DNA from: Candidatus Omnitrophota bacterium | Lineage (GTDB): Bacteria > Omnitrophota > Gorgyraeia > Zapsychrales > Fredricksoniimonadaceae | Length of the DNA stretch: 64,000 nt | Direction of reading: 5' to 3' | Assembly: GCA_015233145.1 (NCBI GenBank) | Contig: JADFYI010000001.1 | Coordinates: 79,345-143,344, forward strand | In this document: positions 16,863 to 26,053 of the stretch, piece by piece | Layout: the number at the start of each line of letters is the position of its first letter | Position numbering within the stretch: position 1 is the first letter of the stretch | Notes under the pieces: generated by a model | Told to the model about the DNA's origin: nothing | What the model saw: the letters and a program-made list of their open reading frames with translations, nothing else | Databases searched by the model: none | Program-made: the position numbers and the translations under genes

Positions 16863-17324
16863 ATGCGTAATAATAAAGGTTTTACACTCATTGAAGTCAT
16901 TATCGTTATTGTCATTATCGGCATTATGGCCACACTGGCATTGCCGCGTATCACAGGGCAGTTAAATTCTTCGCAGGCCGCAGAAGCCATGCAGATGTTT
17001 GGCGCCTTAAGGCGCAGTGCCATGAACTGTTTTGATGTGGCTAATAACACAACCAACACTCTTTGCGATACATGGGCAGAGTTGGGCATGAATGCGCCTT
17101 CTGCCCAGGCTAAGTTTAATTATCAGGTCGATACAGGAACTGCGGGGTTTTTGTCTTTTAGAGCGGATTTTAAAAGCACTGCTGGTCACGCAATTTGCAT
17201 GACCATTAACGATGTAAATGGCGATATCGCGTATGAATATGAAGGCACTATTTTTGCTGGTACGGTGACAAGATTGGGTGGTGTCGCAGGTTGTGCTGCT
17301 GCTGGCTATAATGCTATTCTGTAA
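16863..17324 (+). CDS. pilA: Type IV major pilin candidate, copy 2 (divergent C-terminal half)
   Basis: MRNNKG|FTLIEVIIVIVIIGIMATLALP. 153 aa. The first ~80 aa are nearly identical to copy 1 and the rest is clearly different. The four Cys are at the same positions. Confidence 0.85.
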   Translation: MRNNKGFTLIEVIIVIVIIGIMATLALPRITGQLNSSQAAEAMQMFGALRRSAMNCFDVANNTTNTLCDTWAELGMNAPSAQAKFNYQVDTGTAGFLSFRADFKSTAGHAICMTINDVNGDIAYEYEGTIFAGTVTRLGGVAGCAAAGYNAIL

Positions 17325-17341
17325 TACGAATAATTTCACGA

Positions 17342-17372
17342 AGAGGGGCTGGGCAGCCAGCCCCTCTTTTGG
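17342..17372 (+). terminator. Rho-independent terminator/attenuator after pilin copy 2
   Basis: AGAGGGGCTGG-GCAG-CCAGCCCCTCT + TTT. The stem is identical to copy 1 and the loop differs by 1 nt. Confidence 0.7.
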
Positions 17373-17394
17373 GTTAAAAGAAGCAGGGATTTTT

Positions 17395-17814
17395 ATGAAA
17401 AACGGTTTTACATTAATGGAAATTATCTTGGTGATCGTGATCCTTGGGATCTTAGGCACGATTGCCATCCCGAGATTTACAAGCACTAATGAAACCGCTG
17501 TTGCCGGAGAAGCGGTTCAGATTTTGACGGCATTGCATGGTTCACAGGCACGGTATTGTATTGATTATCCGGCATTATGTGTTGCGGGGTCGTATCCTAC
17601 TGTTTGCAGCACCTATGATGTTGATGTTCCGGCAGCCATGAAGAATTTTCGTGTGCTGACAGTTGCTGAGGGCGGCAGTTGCCAGAACAGCGGGAACCTG
17701 AGTCTTAAAAAGATTAACGGGACGATTTATACAGTAACTGTCAGTCCGGCCAATGTTTTTTCTTGTTCGCCTGCGGGTAACGGCTGCTCAATGGCTCAGC
17801 GTATTTTTCCGTAA
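17395..17814 (+). CDS. Prepilin-type minor pilin (Cys-rich), copy 2
   Basis: Nucleotide-identical to 13931-14350. Confidence 0.8.
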   Translation: MKNGFTLMEIILVIVILGILGTIAIPRFTSTNETAVAGEAVQILTALHGSQARYCIDYPALCVAGSYPTVCSTYDVDVPAAMKNFRVLTVAEGGSCQNSGNLSLKKINGTIYTVTVSPANVFSCSPAGNGCSMAQRIFP

Positions 17815-17827
17815 AGGGTGGGTGCGT

Positions 17828-18238
17828 ATGACAAAAAAAGGATTTTCATTGGCAGAGGTTATGGTAGTATTGGTGACTGTAGGCATTATTGCGGCTTACG
17901 GGATCCCGAACTTTGGGAAGGCTATGACCCGTGCCCAGGCGAGGAGTGCTATCAGCAATCTTCAGCTTATTTATTCGGCGCAGCAGTTATATTTTGCACG
18001 GCAGGGAGTTTATGTTGCTGAAGCGACTACTGCGGCTATTAATGGGATGCTGGGGAATAATTCCTTGAATATCGTGCAAACCGGAGGAACAACATATAGT
18101 TGCCAGATTGCGGCAGCACCCGCAACTTGCACTGCTGCTAACGCGGCATTTAATGTGGTGGTTACGCTTACAATTGCTCTTGCGGATAATAATGTTAATC
18201 CTGTGTGTACGAATGTTACTGCGGGCAGTTGCCCGTAA
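17828..18238 (+). CDS. Prepilin-type minor pilin, copy 2
   Basis: Nucleotide-identical to 14364-14774. Confidence 0.8.
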   Translation: MTKKGFSLAEVMVVLVTVGIIAAYGIPNFGKAMTRAQARSAISNLQLIYSAQQLYFARQGVYVAEATTAAINGMLGNNSLNIVQTGGTTYSCQIAAAPATCTAANAAFNVVVTLTIALADNNVNPVCTNVTAGSCP

Positions 18239-18243
18239 TCGTT

Positions 18244-18624
18244 ATGATAAAAATTTCGCGTTGTGGGTTTTCTTTGCTTGAGGTTCTTGTGGCTGCGGTT
18301 ATTTTCGCGATCGCGGCTGTGGGTATTTTTGGCACTATATCAGCAGCGAGAACCCCGACAAGAGATTCCAATGCCAGGCTTGGTGCGGCCACGGACATGA
18401 AAAGGGTTTCCGATAAGATTCAAAGCCTGATTACGGCAGGCGCCTGGACTGCGGGAGATCCTTTGCTCAGTCCTGGGCTTCATCAAATTACTAGTTGTGC
18501 TGCTGGTTGTTTATTTTCAGCCACGGAGCCTGCTCCTGCTGCGGGGTCAACATATACAATTACGACGGATGCTGCAGGGGGCGTTAATATCAATATTAAT
18601 ATCGCCTACAGTAGTAATTTTTAG
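18244..18624 (+). CDS. Prepilin-type minor pilin (PilV/GspI-like), copy 2
   Basis: Identical to 14780-15160 up to 18578. One amino-acid change near the C-terminus (IAYSSNF versus IAYTSNF). Confidence 0.75.
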   Translation: MIKISRCGFSLLEVLVAAVIFAIAAVGIFGTISAARTPTRDSNARLGAATDMKRVSDKIQSLITAGAWTAGDPLLSPGLHQITSCAAGCLFSATEPAPAAGSTYTITTDAAGGVNININIAYSSNF

Positions 18625-18654
18625 AATATTATTATAATTTTATATAGGTGAATT

Positions 18655-19278
18655 ATGGTGGCGCATTCTTGTAAAGGTATTACTCTTCTTGAGCTTCTGG
18701 TTTCTCTTGTGGTTGTTGGTGTTGTGATGGCGGGGGTGACTGCCGCAGATCATGCCTTCCGCAGATTTGATCGTGAAAACACCCATGATTCAACGCTCTA
18801 TATACGCGCCATGGCTCTGGCGGAAATGATTCGAGTGGATGCCAGTCTTGCAGTGGGTTGGGCAACAAGCCCTGGCGTTCAAATTGATACCACTGCTAAT
18901 AATTTTTTATGTTTTCGGCAAGATAATAATCAAGATGGGGTCATTGACAACAATCCAGGAACAGTCGCGCCTTATATTGGAGTCAGAGATTCCTGGAAAT
19001 GCTATTCCAAGCCAGGAGCTGCGGCAGCGAATGTTAATGTTTACAAATGTTCAAGAACCATCCCTGCAGGCGCAGGTGCTTGCACCGCTGCTGATCAATA
19101 TGTGGGAAAAATGGCTTGGAATGTATTTGCCACTGCGCCAAATCCACCGACGTTTGCCGGAAATCAATTTATATTTACCGTTATTGACAGAGATGATCCT
19201 ACGCTAGCTAAAAGCATATCCAATCCTGAGGTTAAAATTACTATTAATGTCAATCCTGTTGGCCATTCTGCTTCTTGA
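18655..19278 (+). CDS. Prepilin-type minor pilin (PilW/GspJ-like), copy 2 (diverged)
   Basis: MVAHSCKG|ITLLELLVSLVVVGVVMAGV. 207 aa versus 210 aa for copy 1, with many substitutions spread along the protein. Confidence 0.7.
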   Translation: MVAHSCKGITLLELLVSLVVVGVVMAGVTAADHAFRRFDRENTHDSTLYIRAMALAEMIRVDASLAVGWATSPGVQIDTTANNFLCFRQDNNQDGVIDNNPGTVAPYIGVRDSWKCYSKPGAAAANVNVYKCSRTIPAGAGACTAADQYVGKMAWNVFATAPNPPTFAGNQFIFTVIDRDDPTLAKSISNPEVKITINVNPVGHSAS

Positions 19279-19287
19279 ACATCCCTT

Positions 19288-19316
19288 TTGACATCTTTTT
19301 CTCCCTTATGTATAAT
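19288..19316 (+). promoter_or_regulatory. Consensus sigma70-type promoter upstream of recA
   Basis: TTGACA (19288-19293), exactly 17 nt, TATAAT (19311-19316). A strong SD, AGGAGG, precedes ATG 19419. Confidence 0.55.
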
Positions 19317-19418
19317 CAAGCTCCCCTTAATTAGGAATCCTGTTTAAAAGCTTTAATTCTTGCCCCATACAGATGGCTTTTAAATTGGAATAAATATTAT
19401 TAATTATCAGGAGGAGTC

Positions 19419-20486
19419 ATGAACGAAGTTAAAAAACCTACACCGGCGGATGTGGAAAACAAGCGCAAGGCCCTGGATCTGGCGCTGACCCAGATTGAAA
19501 AACAGTTTGGCAAAGGCTCCATCATGAAGATGGACGGCCAGGCCAGGCTCGATGTGGATGCCATCCCGACAGGCGCCATTTCACTCGACCTGGCACTCGG
19601 TATCGGAGGGATTCCGCGCGGCCGCGTTGTTGAAATTTTCGGGCCGGAATCTTCAGGAAAAACAACCCTGACGTTAAGTGTTATCCATCAGATTCAGAAA
19701 AAAGGCGGGGTTGCGGCTTTTGTGGACGCGGAACATGCCTTTGATGCTACGTATGCGGCCAAGCTGGGTGTCAAGCTCGAGGACCTTTTGGTTTCCCAGC
19801 CGGATACCGGCGAGCAGGCGCTCGAGATTGCTGAAACTCTGGTGCGTTCCAATGCCGTTGATTTAGTGGTCATTGATTCTGTGGCCGCGTTAACGCCCAA
19901 GGCTGAAATCGAGGGCGATATGGGTGACAGCCACATGGGCCTGCATGCGCGGCTTATGTCGCAGGCCTTGCGCAAGCTGACAGCCGTCACGAGCAAGTCC
20001 AACACCTGCCTTATTTTCATTAACCAGATCCGCATGAAAATCGGCGTCATGTTTGGAAACCCTGAAACCACGACCGGCGGTAATGCCCTTAAGTTTTATT
20101 CGTCGGTGCGCATTGATTTAAGAAAGATTGAAACCCTTAAAAAAGGGGAAGAGGTGTACGGCAACCGTGTCAGGGCCAAGATCGTGAAAAACAAGGTTGC
20201 GCCGCCGTTTCGGGAGGCTGAGTTTGAGATCCTTTTTGACGAGGGGATTTCCTACCTTTCCGATATTATGGATTTGGGAACAAAATACGAAATTCTTGAA
20301 AAGTCAGGGTCATGGCTTTCGTTTGAGGGCGAGCGTTTGGGGCAGGGACGGGATAATGTTCGCAAGTATTTGCAGGATAACCCCAAAGTTGCCCAGAAAA
20401 TAGAAAAGGCTGTTTTGGAAAAAGCCAAGGTCAAGCCCACGACTGAGCCGCGCGTTGGCAAGGCCGAGGCCAAAAAGGCAGCGTAA
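19419..20486 (+). CDS. recA: Recombinase RecA
   Basis: 355 aa. Walker [11 protein letters not shown], with FVDAEHALD-like and [29 protein letters not shown] motifs. Confidence 0.97.
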   Translation: MNEVKKPTPADVENKRKALDLALTQIEKQFGKGSIMKMDGQARLDVDAIPTGAISLDLALGIGGIPRGRVVEIFGPESSGKTTLTLSVIHQIQKKGGVAAFVDAEHAFDATYAAKLGVKLEDLLVSQPDTGEQALEIAETLVRSNAVDLVVIDSVAALTPKAEIEGDMGDSHMGLHARLMSQALRKLTAVTSKSNTCLIFINQIRMKIGVMFGNPETTTGGNALKFYSSVRIDLRKIETLKKGEEVYGNRVRAKIVKNKVAPPFREAEFEILFDEGISYLSDIMDLGTKYEILEKSGSWLSFEGERLGQGRDNVRKYLQDNPKVAQKIEKAVLEKAKVKPTTEPRVGKAEAKKAA

Positions 20487-20502
20487 TTTGGACGAATTAG
20501 AG

Positions 20503-20946
20503 ATGCTCAAAAAGGCGAAGGGTTACGCCCTTCGCCTTTTCAAATTAAGGCCACAGAGCGCCCTTGAGCTGGCTCAAAAACTTCGCCTCAAAGGGTATGG
20601 CGAAGAGATTGTTGAAAAAATCGTCCTGGATTGTAAAATATCAGGGTTTGTCAACGATGAGGAATTTGCCAAAGCCTGGCTCACGAGCCGCCTTAAAAAG
20701 TATGGCTTTCGCCGTGTGACGCTGGAGCTGGAGCGCAAAGGCATTGGAAAAGAGTTCATCCAAAAAGCCTGGGCTGAAACAAGAAACGATTACGATGAAG
20801 AAGCCCTGGTTCGCGACATTGTAGCCAGGCGTGTAAGAGTTTATCAAACAATCCCGCCTCTCAAACGCAAGAAACGCACCATGGATTATTTAATCCGTCG
20901 GGGTTTTGGTTTGGAGACGATTAACAAGGTGTTAAGAGAGTTATGA
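20503..20946 (+). CDS. recX: RecA regulator RecX
   Basis: Follows recA. Helical-repeat protein (ALRLFKLRPQSALELAQKL...). ATG 20503 is chosen because the 20455 start would overlap recA. Confidence 0.75.
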   Translation: MLKKAKGYALRLFKLRPQSALELAQKLRLKGYGEEIVEKIVLDCKISGFVNDEEFAKAWLTSRLKKYGFRRVTLELERKGIGKEFIQKAWAETRNDYDEEALVRDIVARRVRVYQTIPPLKRKKRTMDYLIRRGFGLETINKVLREL

Positions 20947-23591
20947 CAGGAAACGACATCCGCACAAAGTATCTTGAATTTTTTAAGTCTAAAAACCACA
21001 AGATTGTGATGAGCGATTCTTTGGTTCCCAAAGACGACCCAACGGTTCTTTTTACAACCGCAGGCATGCAGCAGTTTAAGCCGCAGTTTATGGGGCACAT
21101 TACTGATTTTACGCGCGCCACATCATCCCAGAAATGCCTGCGCACGGATGACTTGGCCGAGGTGGGGGTCACGGATTTTCATCATACCTGTTTTGAAATG
21201 TTGGGGAATTTTTCTTTCGGGGATTATTTTAAGAGTGAAGCCATTTCCTGGGCCTGGGAATTTTTGACAAATGTTATGAATATCCCAGCCGACAAGCTCT
21301 GGGTGTCGGTGAATAAGGATGATGTGGAGGCTTACGATATTTGGTCAAAAAATATCAAGATTCCTGCTTCCCGGATTGTCAAACTCGGCGACAAATCCAA
21401 TTTCTGGCCGTCGAATGCCCGTTTGAACGGGCCTAATGGCCCGTGCGGCCCGTGTTCGGAAATCTTTTTTGACTGGGGCGTCAACCCCCAGTGCAAGAAT
21501 CCGGATTGTAATCCTGACTGCAGCTGCGGCCGTTTTTGCGAGGTTTGGAACCTGGTTTTTACGCAATATAACCGCAAAGAAGGCGGAGTTCTGGAGCCTT
21601 TGCCAGCCAAGAACATTGATACCGGCATGGGGCTTGAGCGCCTCACAGCGGTGATGCAGGGCAAGCGCAATAATTTTGAGACAGATCTTTTTACGCCGAT
21701 TTTAGAGGCAATCCATAAGGCTGTCTCGGCTGAGAAAGCTAAAATCACGTTGCGGGAGAGCCGTGTCATTGCCGACCATATTCGCGCCGTGACCTTTGGC
21801 CTTGCAGACGGCGTTATGCCTTCCAATGAAGGCCGTGGCTATGTTATGCGCCGCCTGATTGTGGATATGACCAATATTTTAATCCAGGCCGGGATTAAAA
21901 AGCCTTTGGTGTATACATTTGTTGCTTCCGTGGTCAAGGTGATGAAGTCGCCCTACCCTGAACTTGCGGACAAGGAAAAAGAAATTGTTACCACGATTAA
22001 GCGCATTGAAGAAGCGGTGATCAAGTTGAATGGTGAAAAGGTTCCCGAGTTTCTAACAGAGCTGGATCAGCTCAAGGCTGACAACAGGGGCAATGCGGAT
22101 GCCTTGGGCGAGATGATGTTTCGTTATCGCGATACCTATGGCCTTCCCATGAACCTGATTCAGGCCAGGGTTTTGGAAAAATTCGGCGAGCCGGTGTCAA
22201 AAGCAGCTGGCGTTATTGTTGAGAAGCTCATGGAAGAACAGAAAGAGCGTTCACGCGCGGCCAGCAAAATGCAGGGCGATGTTTTTCTGTCTTCGGGTGT
22301 TGATGTGAAAGCAATCCCCAAAACTGTTTTTTTGGGGTTTGACCAGCCCTCAGCCGATGTCACCGTGGTTGCGATCTTTGTGGATGGACAGAAGGTGGAT
22401 GAGGCCAAGGACTCTCCTCATGTCCTTATTGTTTTTGATAAAACGCCGTTTTACGCCGAGCAGGGTGGACAGACAGCGGATATCGGCCATGTCCTGGCTA
22501 GAAAAGGGACTGTGGAAATTAAAGATACCCAAAAACAGGGGGAAGTTTTTATTCACCACGGGGCTCTTAAAGGAGAACTCAAGGTCAATGAGGTGGTGAA
22601 GGCCTCGATTGACGGTGAACGCCGCATGGCGATCATGCGCAATCATACGGCCACACATCTTCTTCAGGCCGCGCTTCGTCAGGTTTTAGGCGAGCATGTG
22701 AAACAGCAGGGGTCTTTGGTGGATGAAAACCGCCTTCGTTTTGATTTCACGCAGCCCAAGGCGCTTTCCAGGGAAGACCTGGAAAGGGTTGAAGATGTTG
22801 TGAATTCTTTTATCAGGCGTTCGGATATAGTTTTAAAAAAAGAAATGTCGATTGAGGAAGCCAAAACGAGCGGAGCTTTGGCATTTTTCGCCGAGAAATA
22901 TGGCGATAAGGTGCGGATTGTTTCGGTCGGGGAATATTCCAAGGAATTTTGCGGAGGCACGCACCTTGATACCACAGGCCAGATTGGCCTTTTTAAAATC
23001 CTGTCAGAGGGCGCTGTGGCGCAGGGGATTCGCCGTATAGAGGCGGTGACTGGTGTGGGTGCCTTGGCTTATGTTCGGGGCCGCGAAAAAGAGCTTCAAA
23101 ATGCCGCTGCGGTCTTGAAAGTTTCGCCAGAGGATCTTGTGCCCCGCCTGGAAGCCCAGGTGAAGCGCATGAAAGACCTTGAGAAAGACCTTAGTAATCT
23201 TAATTTTGAGATCATGAAAAATTCAATTGCTGATGTGATTGCCAGGGCTGAAGTTGTGGGCGGCATCAGTTTTGTAACACATCTTTTTAAAGATATTGAT
23301 ATGGAAACGCTTCGCCGGGTTTCTGATCTTGTGAAGCAAAAGTGCCCTTCATTTGTGGCTCTTCTGGCCGCCACATCCTCGGAGAGCGGTTCTGTGATAG
23401 TGTCCATCTCCGATGACTTGGTCAGGAAAAATATCAAAGCCGGGGAGCTTATCCAGAAAATTACGCCGCTTTTTAATGGCTCTGGCGGCGGGCGGCCGAA
23501 CATGGCCCAGGCCGGGTGCAAAGACCCTTTGAAACTCGCCTCGGTTTTTGAAGCAGCCCAAAAGATTGTTAAAGAAAGCTTAAAGACATGA
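20943..23591 (+). CDS. alaS: Alanine--tRNA ligase
   Basis: 882 aa. FTTAGMQQFKP, HHTCFEMLGNFSFGDYFK, editing-domain HTATHLL and a C-terminal DHHA1-like GGGRPNMAQAG. Confidence 0.97.
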   Translation: MTGNDIRTKYLEFFKSKNHKIVMSDSLVPKDDPTVLFTTAGMQQFKPQFMGHITDFTRATSSQKCLRTDDLAEVGVTDFHHTCFEMLGNFSFGDYFKSEAISWAWEFLTNVMNIPADKLWVSVNKDDVEAYDIWSKNIKIPASRIVKLGDKSNFWPSNARLNGPNGPCGPCSEIFFDWGVNPQCKNPDCNPDCSCGRFCEVWNLVFTQYNRKEGGVLEPLPAKNIDTGMGLERLTAVMQGKRNNFETDLFTPILEAIHKAVSAEKAKITLRESRVIADHIRAVTFGLADGVMPSNEGRGYVMRRLIVDMTNILIQAGIKKPLVYTFVASVVKVMKSPYPELADKEKEIVTTIKRIEEAVIKLNGEKVPEFLTELDQLKADNRGNADALGEMMFRYRDTYGLPMNLIQARVLEKFGEPVSKAAGVIVEKLMEEQKERSRAASKMQGDVFLSSGVDVKAIPKTVFLGFDQPSADVTVVAIFVDGQKVDEAKDSPHVLIVFDKTPFYAEQGGQTADIGHVLARKGTVEIKDTQKQGEVFIHHGALKGELKVNEVVKASIDGERRMAIMRNHTATHLLQAALRQVLGEHVKQQGSLVDENRLRFDFTQPKALSREDLERVEDVVNSFIRRSDIVLKKEMSIEEAKTSGALAFFAEKYGDKVRIVSVGEYSKEFCGGTHLDTTGQIGLFKILSEGAVAQGIRRIEAVTGVGALAYVRGREKELQNAAAVLKVSPEDLVPRLEAQVKRMKDLEKDLSNLNFEIMKNSIADVIARAEVVGGISFVTHLFKDIDMETLRRVSDLVKQKCPSFVALLAATSSESGSVIVSISDDLVRKNIKAGELIQKITPLFNGSGGGRPNMAQAGCKDPLKLASVFEAAQKIVKESLKT

Positions 23592-24811
23592 AATTATTGA
23601 AACAAAACAGCAAAAATATTGAAGCGCTTTATAATCGCAACATGAATTATCGGCGTCAAAGCACGATTGATAAAGTGCAGCGCATTGTGGAAGACGTGCG
23701 TTTAAACGGCGATGATGCGGTCTTGAAATACACGCGCCGTTTTGACAAGGTCAAGCTTCTGGCCAGGGATTTACGGGTTGGAGAAAGCGAGATCAGCAGC
23801 GCCTTTCAGAATATTACGCCTGAATTTATTGATACGCTGAAACTCATAATCCAGAATGTTTCCGCGTTTTATAAGAAACAGGTCAAAAAACCGTGCTGTA
23901 TCAAGAGTGAAGACGGTATTCTTTTAAAAGAAGAATTCCGGCCCATTGAGACTGTTGGCGTTTATATCCCGGCAGGCACAGCGCCGTTGGTTTCCTCGGT
24001 TTATATGACTGTGATCCCGGCCATGATTGCCGGTGTTGAGCGTATTGTGATTGTAAGTCCTCCGGCAAAAGACGGCCATGTGAATCCCTATATTCTGGCA
24101 GTCGCCAATCTTTTGAATGTGAAAGAAATTTATAAAATGGGCGGGGCGCAGGCCATAGCGGCGTTAGCTTTTGGAACAAAAACAGTTCCCAAAGTTGATA
24201 AAATCGTCGGCCCTGGCAATGCCTATGTGACAGAAGCCAAGCGCCAGCTTTTTGGGTATGTGGATATTGACATGCTGGCCGGGCCCACAGAGCTTGTGGT
24301 CATTGCCAACCGTTGCAGTAATCCGGATTATGTGGTTGCGGATTTTGAGTCGCAGATCGAGCACGCGGGAGGGCTTTCAATCCTTATTTCCACCTCAAAG
24401 CAGCTCGTAAAACAGGTTAAAAACAGGGTCCAGGGCGGCATTGTGATTTACGCGAAAAACATGGATGAGGCCTGTGATATCGCCAACAAGATTGCCCCGG
24501 AACATCTGCAGATTTTGACCAATGACCCTAAAAGCGTTGCCAAAAAGATCAAGCATGCCGGCGCGATTTTCTTAGGGCCCTACAGCCCGACCCCGGTCGG
24601 GGATTATATTGCAGGCCCGAGCCATGTGCTGCCGACATTAGGGACGGCAAAGTTTTCATCCGGGTTAAGCTTGTCGAGTTTCTTAAAGACGAGCCATATT
24701 ATTTCCTATTCCAAAAAGGCCCTTGAAAAAGTGCGGGAGCCTTTGGAAAAGGTGGCATTGATTGAAGGGTTAGTCAAACACGCTGAAAGCGTTAATGTCA
24801 GGTTTAAGTAA
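23588..24811 (+). CDS. hisD: Histidinol dehydrogenase
   Basis: 407 aa. GVYIPAGTAPLVSSVYM and AGPTELVVIA motifs. ATGA overlap with alaS. Confidence 0.9.
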   Translation: MKLLKQNSKNIEALYNRNMNYRRQSTIDKVQRIVEDVRLNGDDAVLKYTRRFDKVKLLARDLRVGESEISSAFQNITPEFIDTLKLIIQNVSAFYKKQVKKPCCIKSEDGILLKEEFRPIETVGVYIPAGTAPLVSSVYMTVIPAMIAGVERIVIVSPPAKDGHVNPYILAVANLLNVKEIYKMGGAQAIAALAFGTKTVPKVDKIVGPGNAYVTEAKRQLFGYVDIDMLAGPTELVVIANRCSNPDYVVADFESQIEHAGGLSILISTSKQLVKQVKNRVQGGIVIYAKNMDEACDIANKIAPEHLQILTNDPKSVAKKIKHAGAIFLGPYSPTPVGDYIAGPSHVLPTLGTAKFSSGLSLSSFLKTSHIISYSKKALEKVREPLEKVALIEGLVKHAESVNVRFK

Positions 24812-24832
24812 GGTAATCAATCGGAGGCCAAC

Positions 24833-25450
24833 ATGACCCCTAGAACAGCAGAAATAGAACGTAAAAGTAAAGAAACCCATATTAAGGCCAAGGTGAATAT
24901 CGACGGAAGAGGCGACCGTTCTGATATCAAGACCGGCCTCGCCTTTATGGACCATATGGTGGAGCTTTTTTCGTTTCACGGCCTTTTTGACATTGAGCTT
25001 GAAATTATAAAGTCTGATACCCAGATTGATATTCACCATACCAATGAGGATATCGGTATTGTGCTGGGAAAGGCCTTTAAAGAAGCCCTTTTAGATAAGG
25101 CAGGCATCCGCCGTTTTGGTTTTGCCGGGGCTCCGATGGAGGCGACTGTCGCGCGCGTGATTATTGATATCAGCGGCCGCGGGTACTGCAAGCTCAACAT
25201 CCAGGATGACAAGGTTCTTCAGTTAAAGAACCACGAAGAGTATTCATTGACGTATCTTGAACATTTCTTAGAATCGTTCGCCCATAGTTTGGGGGCAACA
25301 TTAAGCGTTACATTGCAGAATGTTTCTGATGATGTACACACCAATGTCGAGGCAGTGTTTAAGGCTTTGGGCCTTGCCTTGGATCAGGCCACACAGATCG
25401 ACCCCCGCAGGGAAGGGATTGTGCCATCGACAAAAGGGATTATAGATTAA
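24833..25450 (+). CDS. hisB: Imidazoleglycerol-phosphate dehydratase
   Basis: 205 aa. RKSKETHIKAKVNIDG, FMDHMVELFSFHG, HHTNEDIGIVLG. Confidence 0.9.
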   Translation: MTPRTAEIERKSKETHIKAKVNIDGRGDRSDIKTGLAFMDHMVELFSFHGLFDIELEIIKSDTQIDIHHTNEDIGIVLGKAFKEALLDKAGIRRFGFAGAPMEATVARVIIDISGRGYCKLNIQDDKVLQLKNHEEYSLTYLEHFLESFAHSLGATLSVTLQNVSDDVHTNVEAVFKALGLALDQATQIDPRREGIVPSTKGIID

Positions 25451-26053
25451 ATGATTTCGATTATTGATTACGGCATGGGAAATTTGCGCAGCGTGGAAAA
25501 GGCACTCCAAAGCGCGGGCGGGACTGTATCTGTCATTTCAACCCCATCGGAAATTGTGAAGGCCGACAAACTTGTTTTGCCGGGTGTGGGTGCTATGAAG
25601 CCGGCCATGGACAGGCTCAGTGAGCTGGGGCTGATTGGGCCTATCAAAGACTTTGTGGCCAAAGGCAAGCCTTTTTTAGGGATCTGCCTGGGGCTTCAGC
25701 TCTTGTTTGATTCAAGCAGCGAAGGCGGCAATGTCCAAGGGCTCGGCATTGTTGCGGGGACTGTGGAACGTTTTTCTGATTCTGTTAAGGTCCCGCAGAT
25801 GGGCTGGAATAAAATCCGTGCTGTTCAGGAAAAATGCCCTTTGTTCAAGAATGTTCCTGACGGCGCATTTGTTTATTTTTGCCACTCGTATTATGTGAAA
25901 CCCAAAAATAAAAAGGTTGTTTCCGCTCTGACAGATTACGGATTGGAGTATGCTTCTGCGATTTGCACGGATAATATCTGGGGCGTTCAATTTCACCCGG
26001 AAAAAAGCCAGGATGTCGGGCAGGGTATTTTAAGGAATTTTGTCGCATGTTAA
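25451..26053 (+). CDS. hisH: Imidazole glycerol phosphate synthase, glutaminase subunit
   Basis: 200 aa. IIDYGMGNLRSV, LPGVGA, GICLGLQLLF, GVQFHPEKS. Confidence 0.92.
   Translation: MISIIDYGMGNLRSVEKALQSAGGTVSVISTPSEIVKADKLVLPGVGAMKPAMDRLSELGLIGPIKDFVAKGKPFLGICLGLQLLFDSSSEGGNVQGLGIVAGTVERFSDSVKVPQMGWNKIRAVQEKCPLFKNVPDGAFVYFCHSYYVKPKNKKVVSALTDYGLEYASAICTDNIWGVQFHPEKSQDVGQGILRNFVAC

Larger units (their letters stand above)
16690..19278. repeat. Direct repeat copy 2: pilin cassette
   Basis: Same gene order and offset (+3464) as 13226-15823. The central 1188 bp is identical, the flanks are diverged, and there is a 9-nt length difference in the last gene. Confidence 0.9.
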
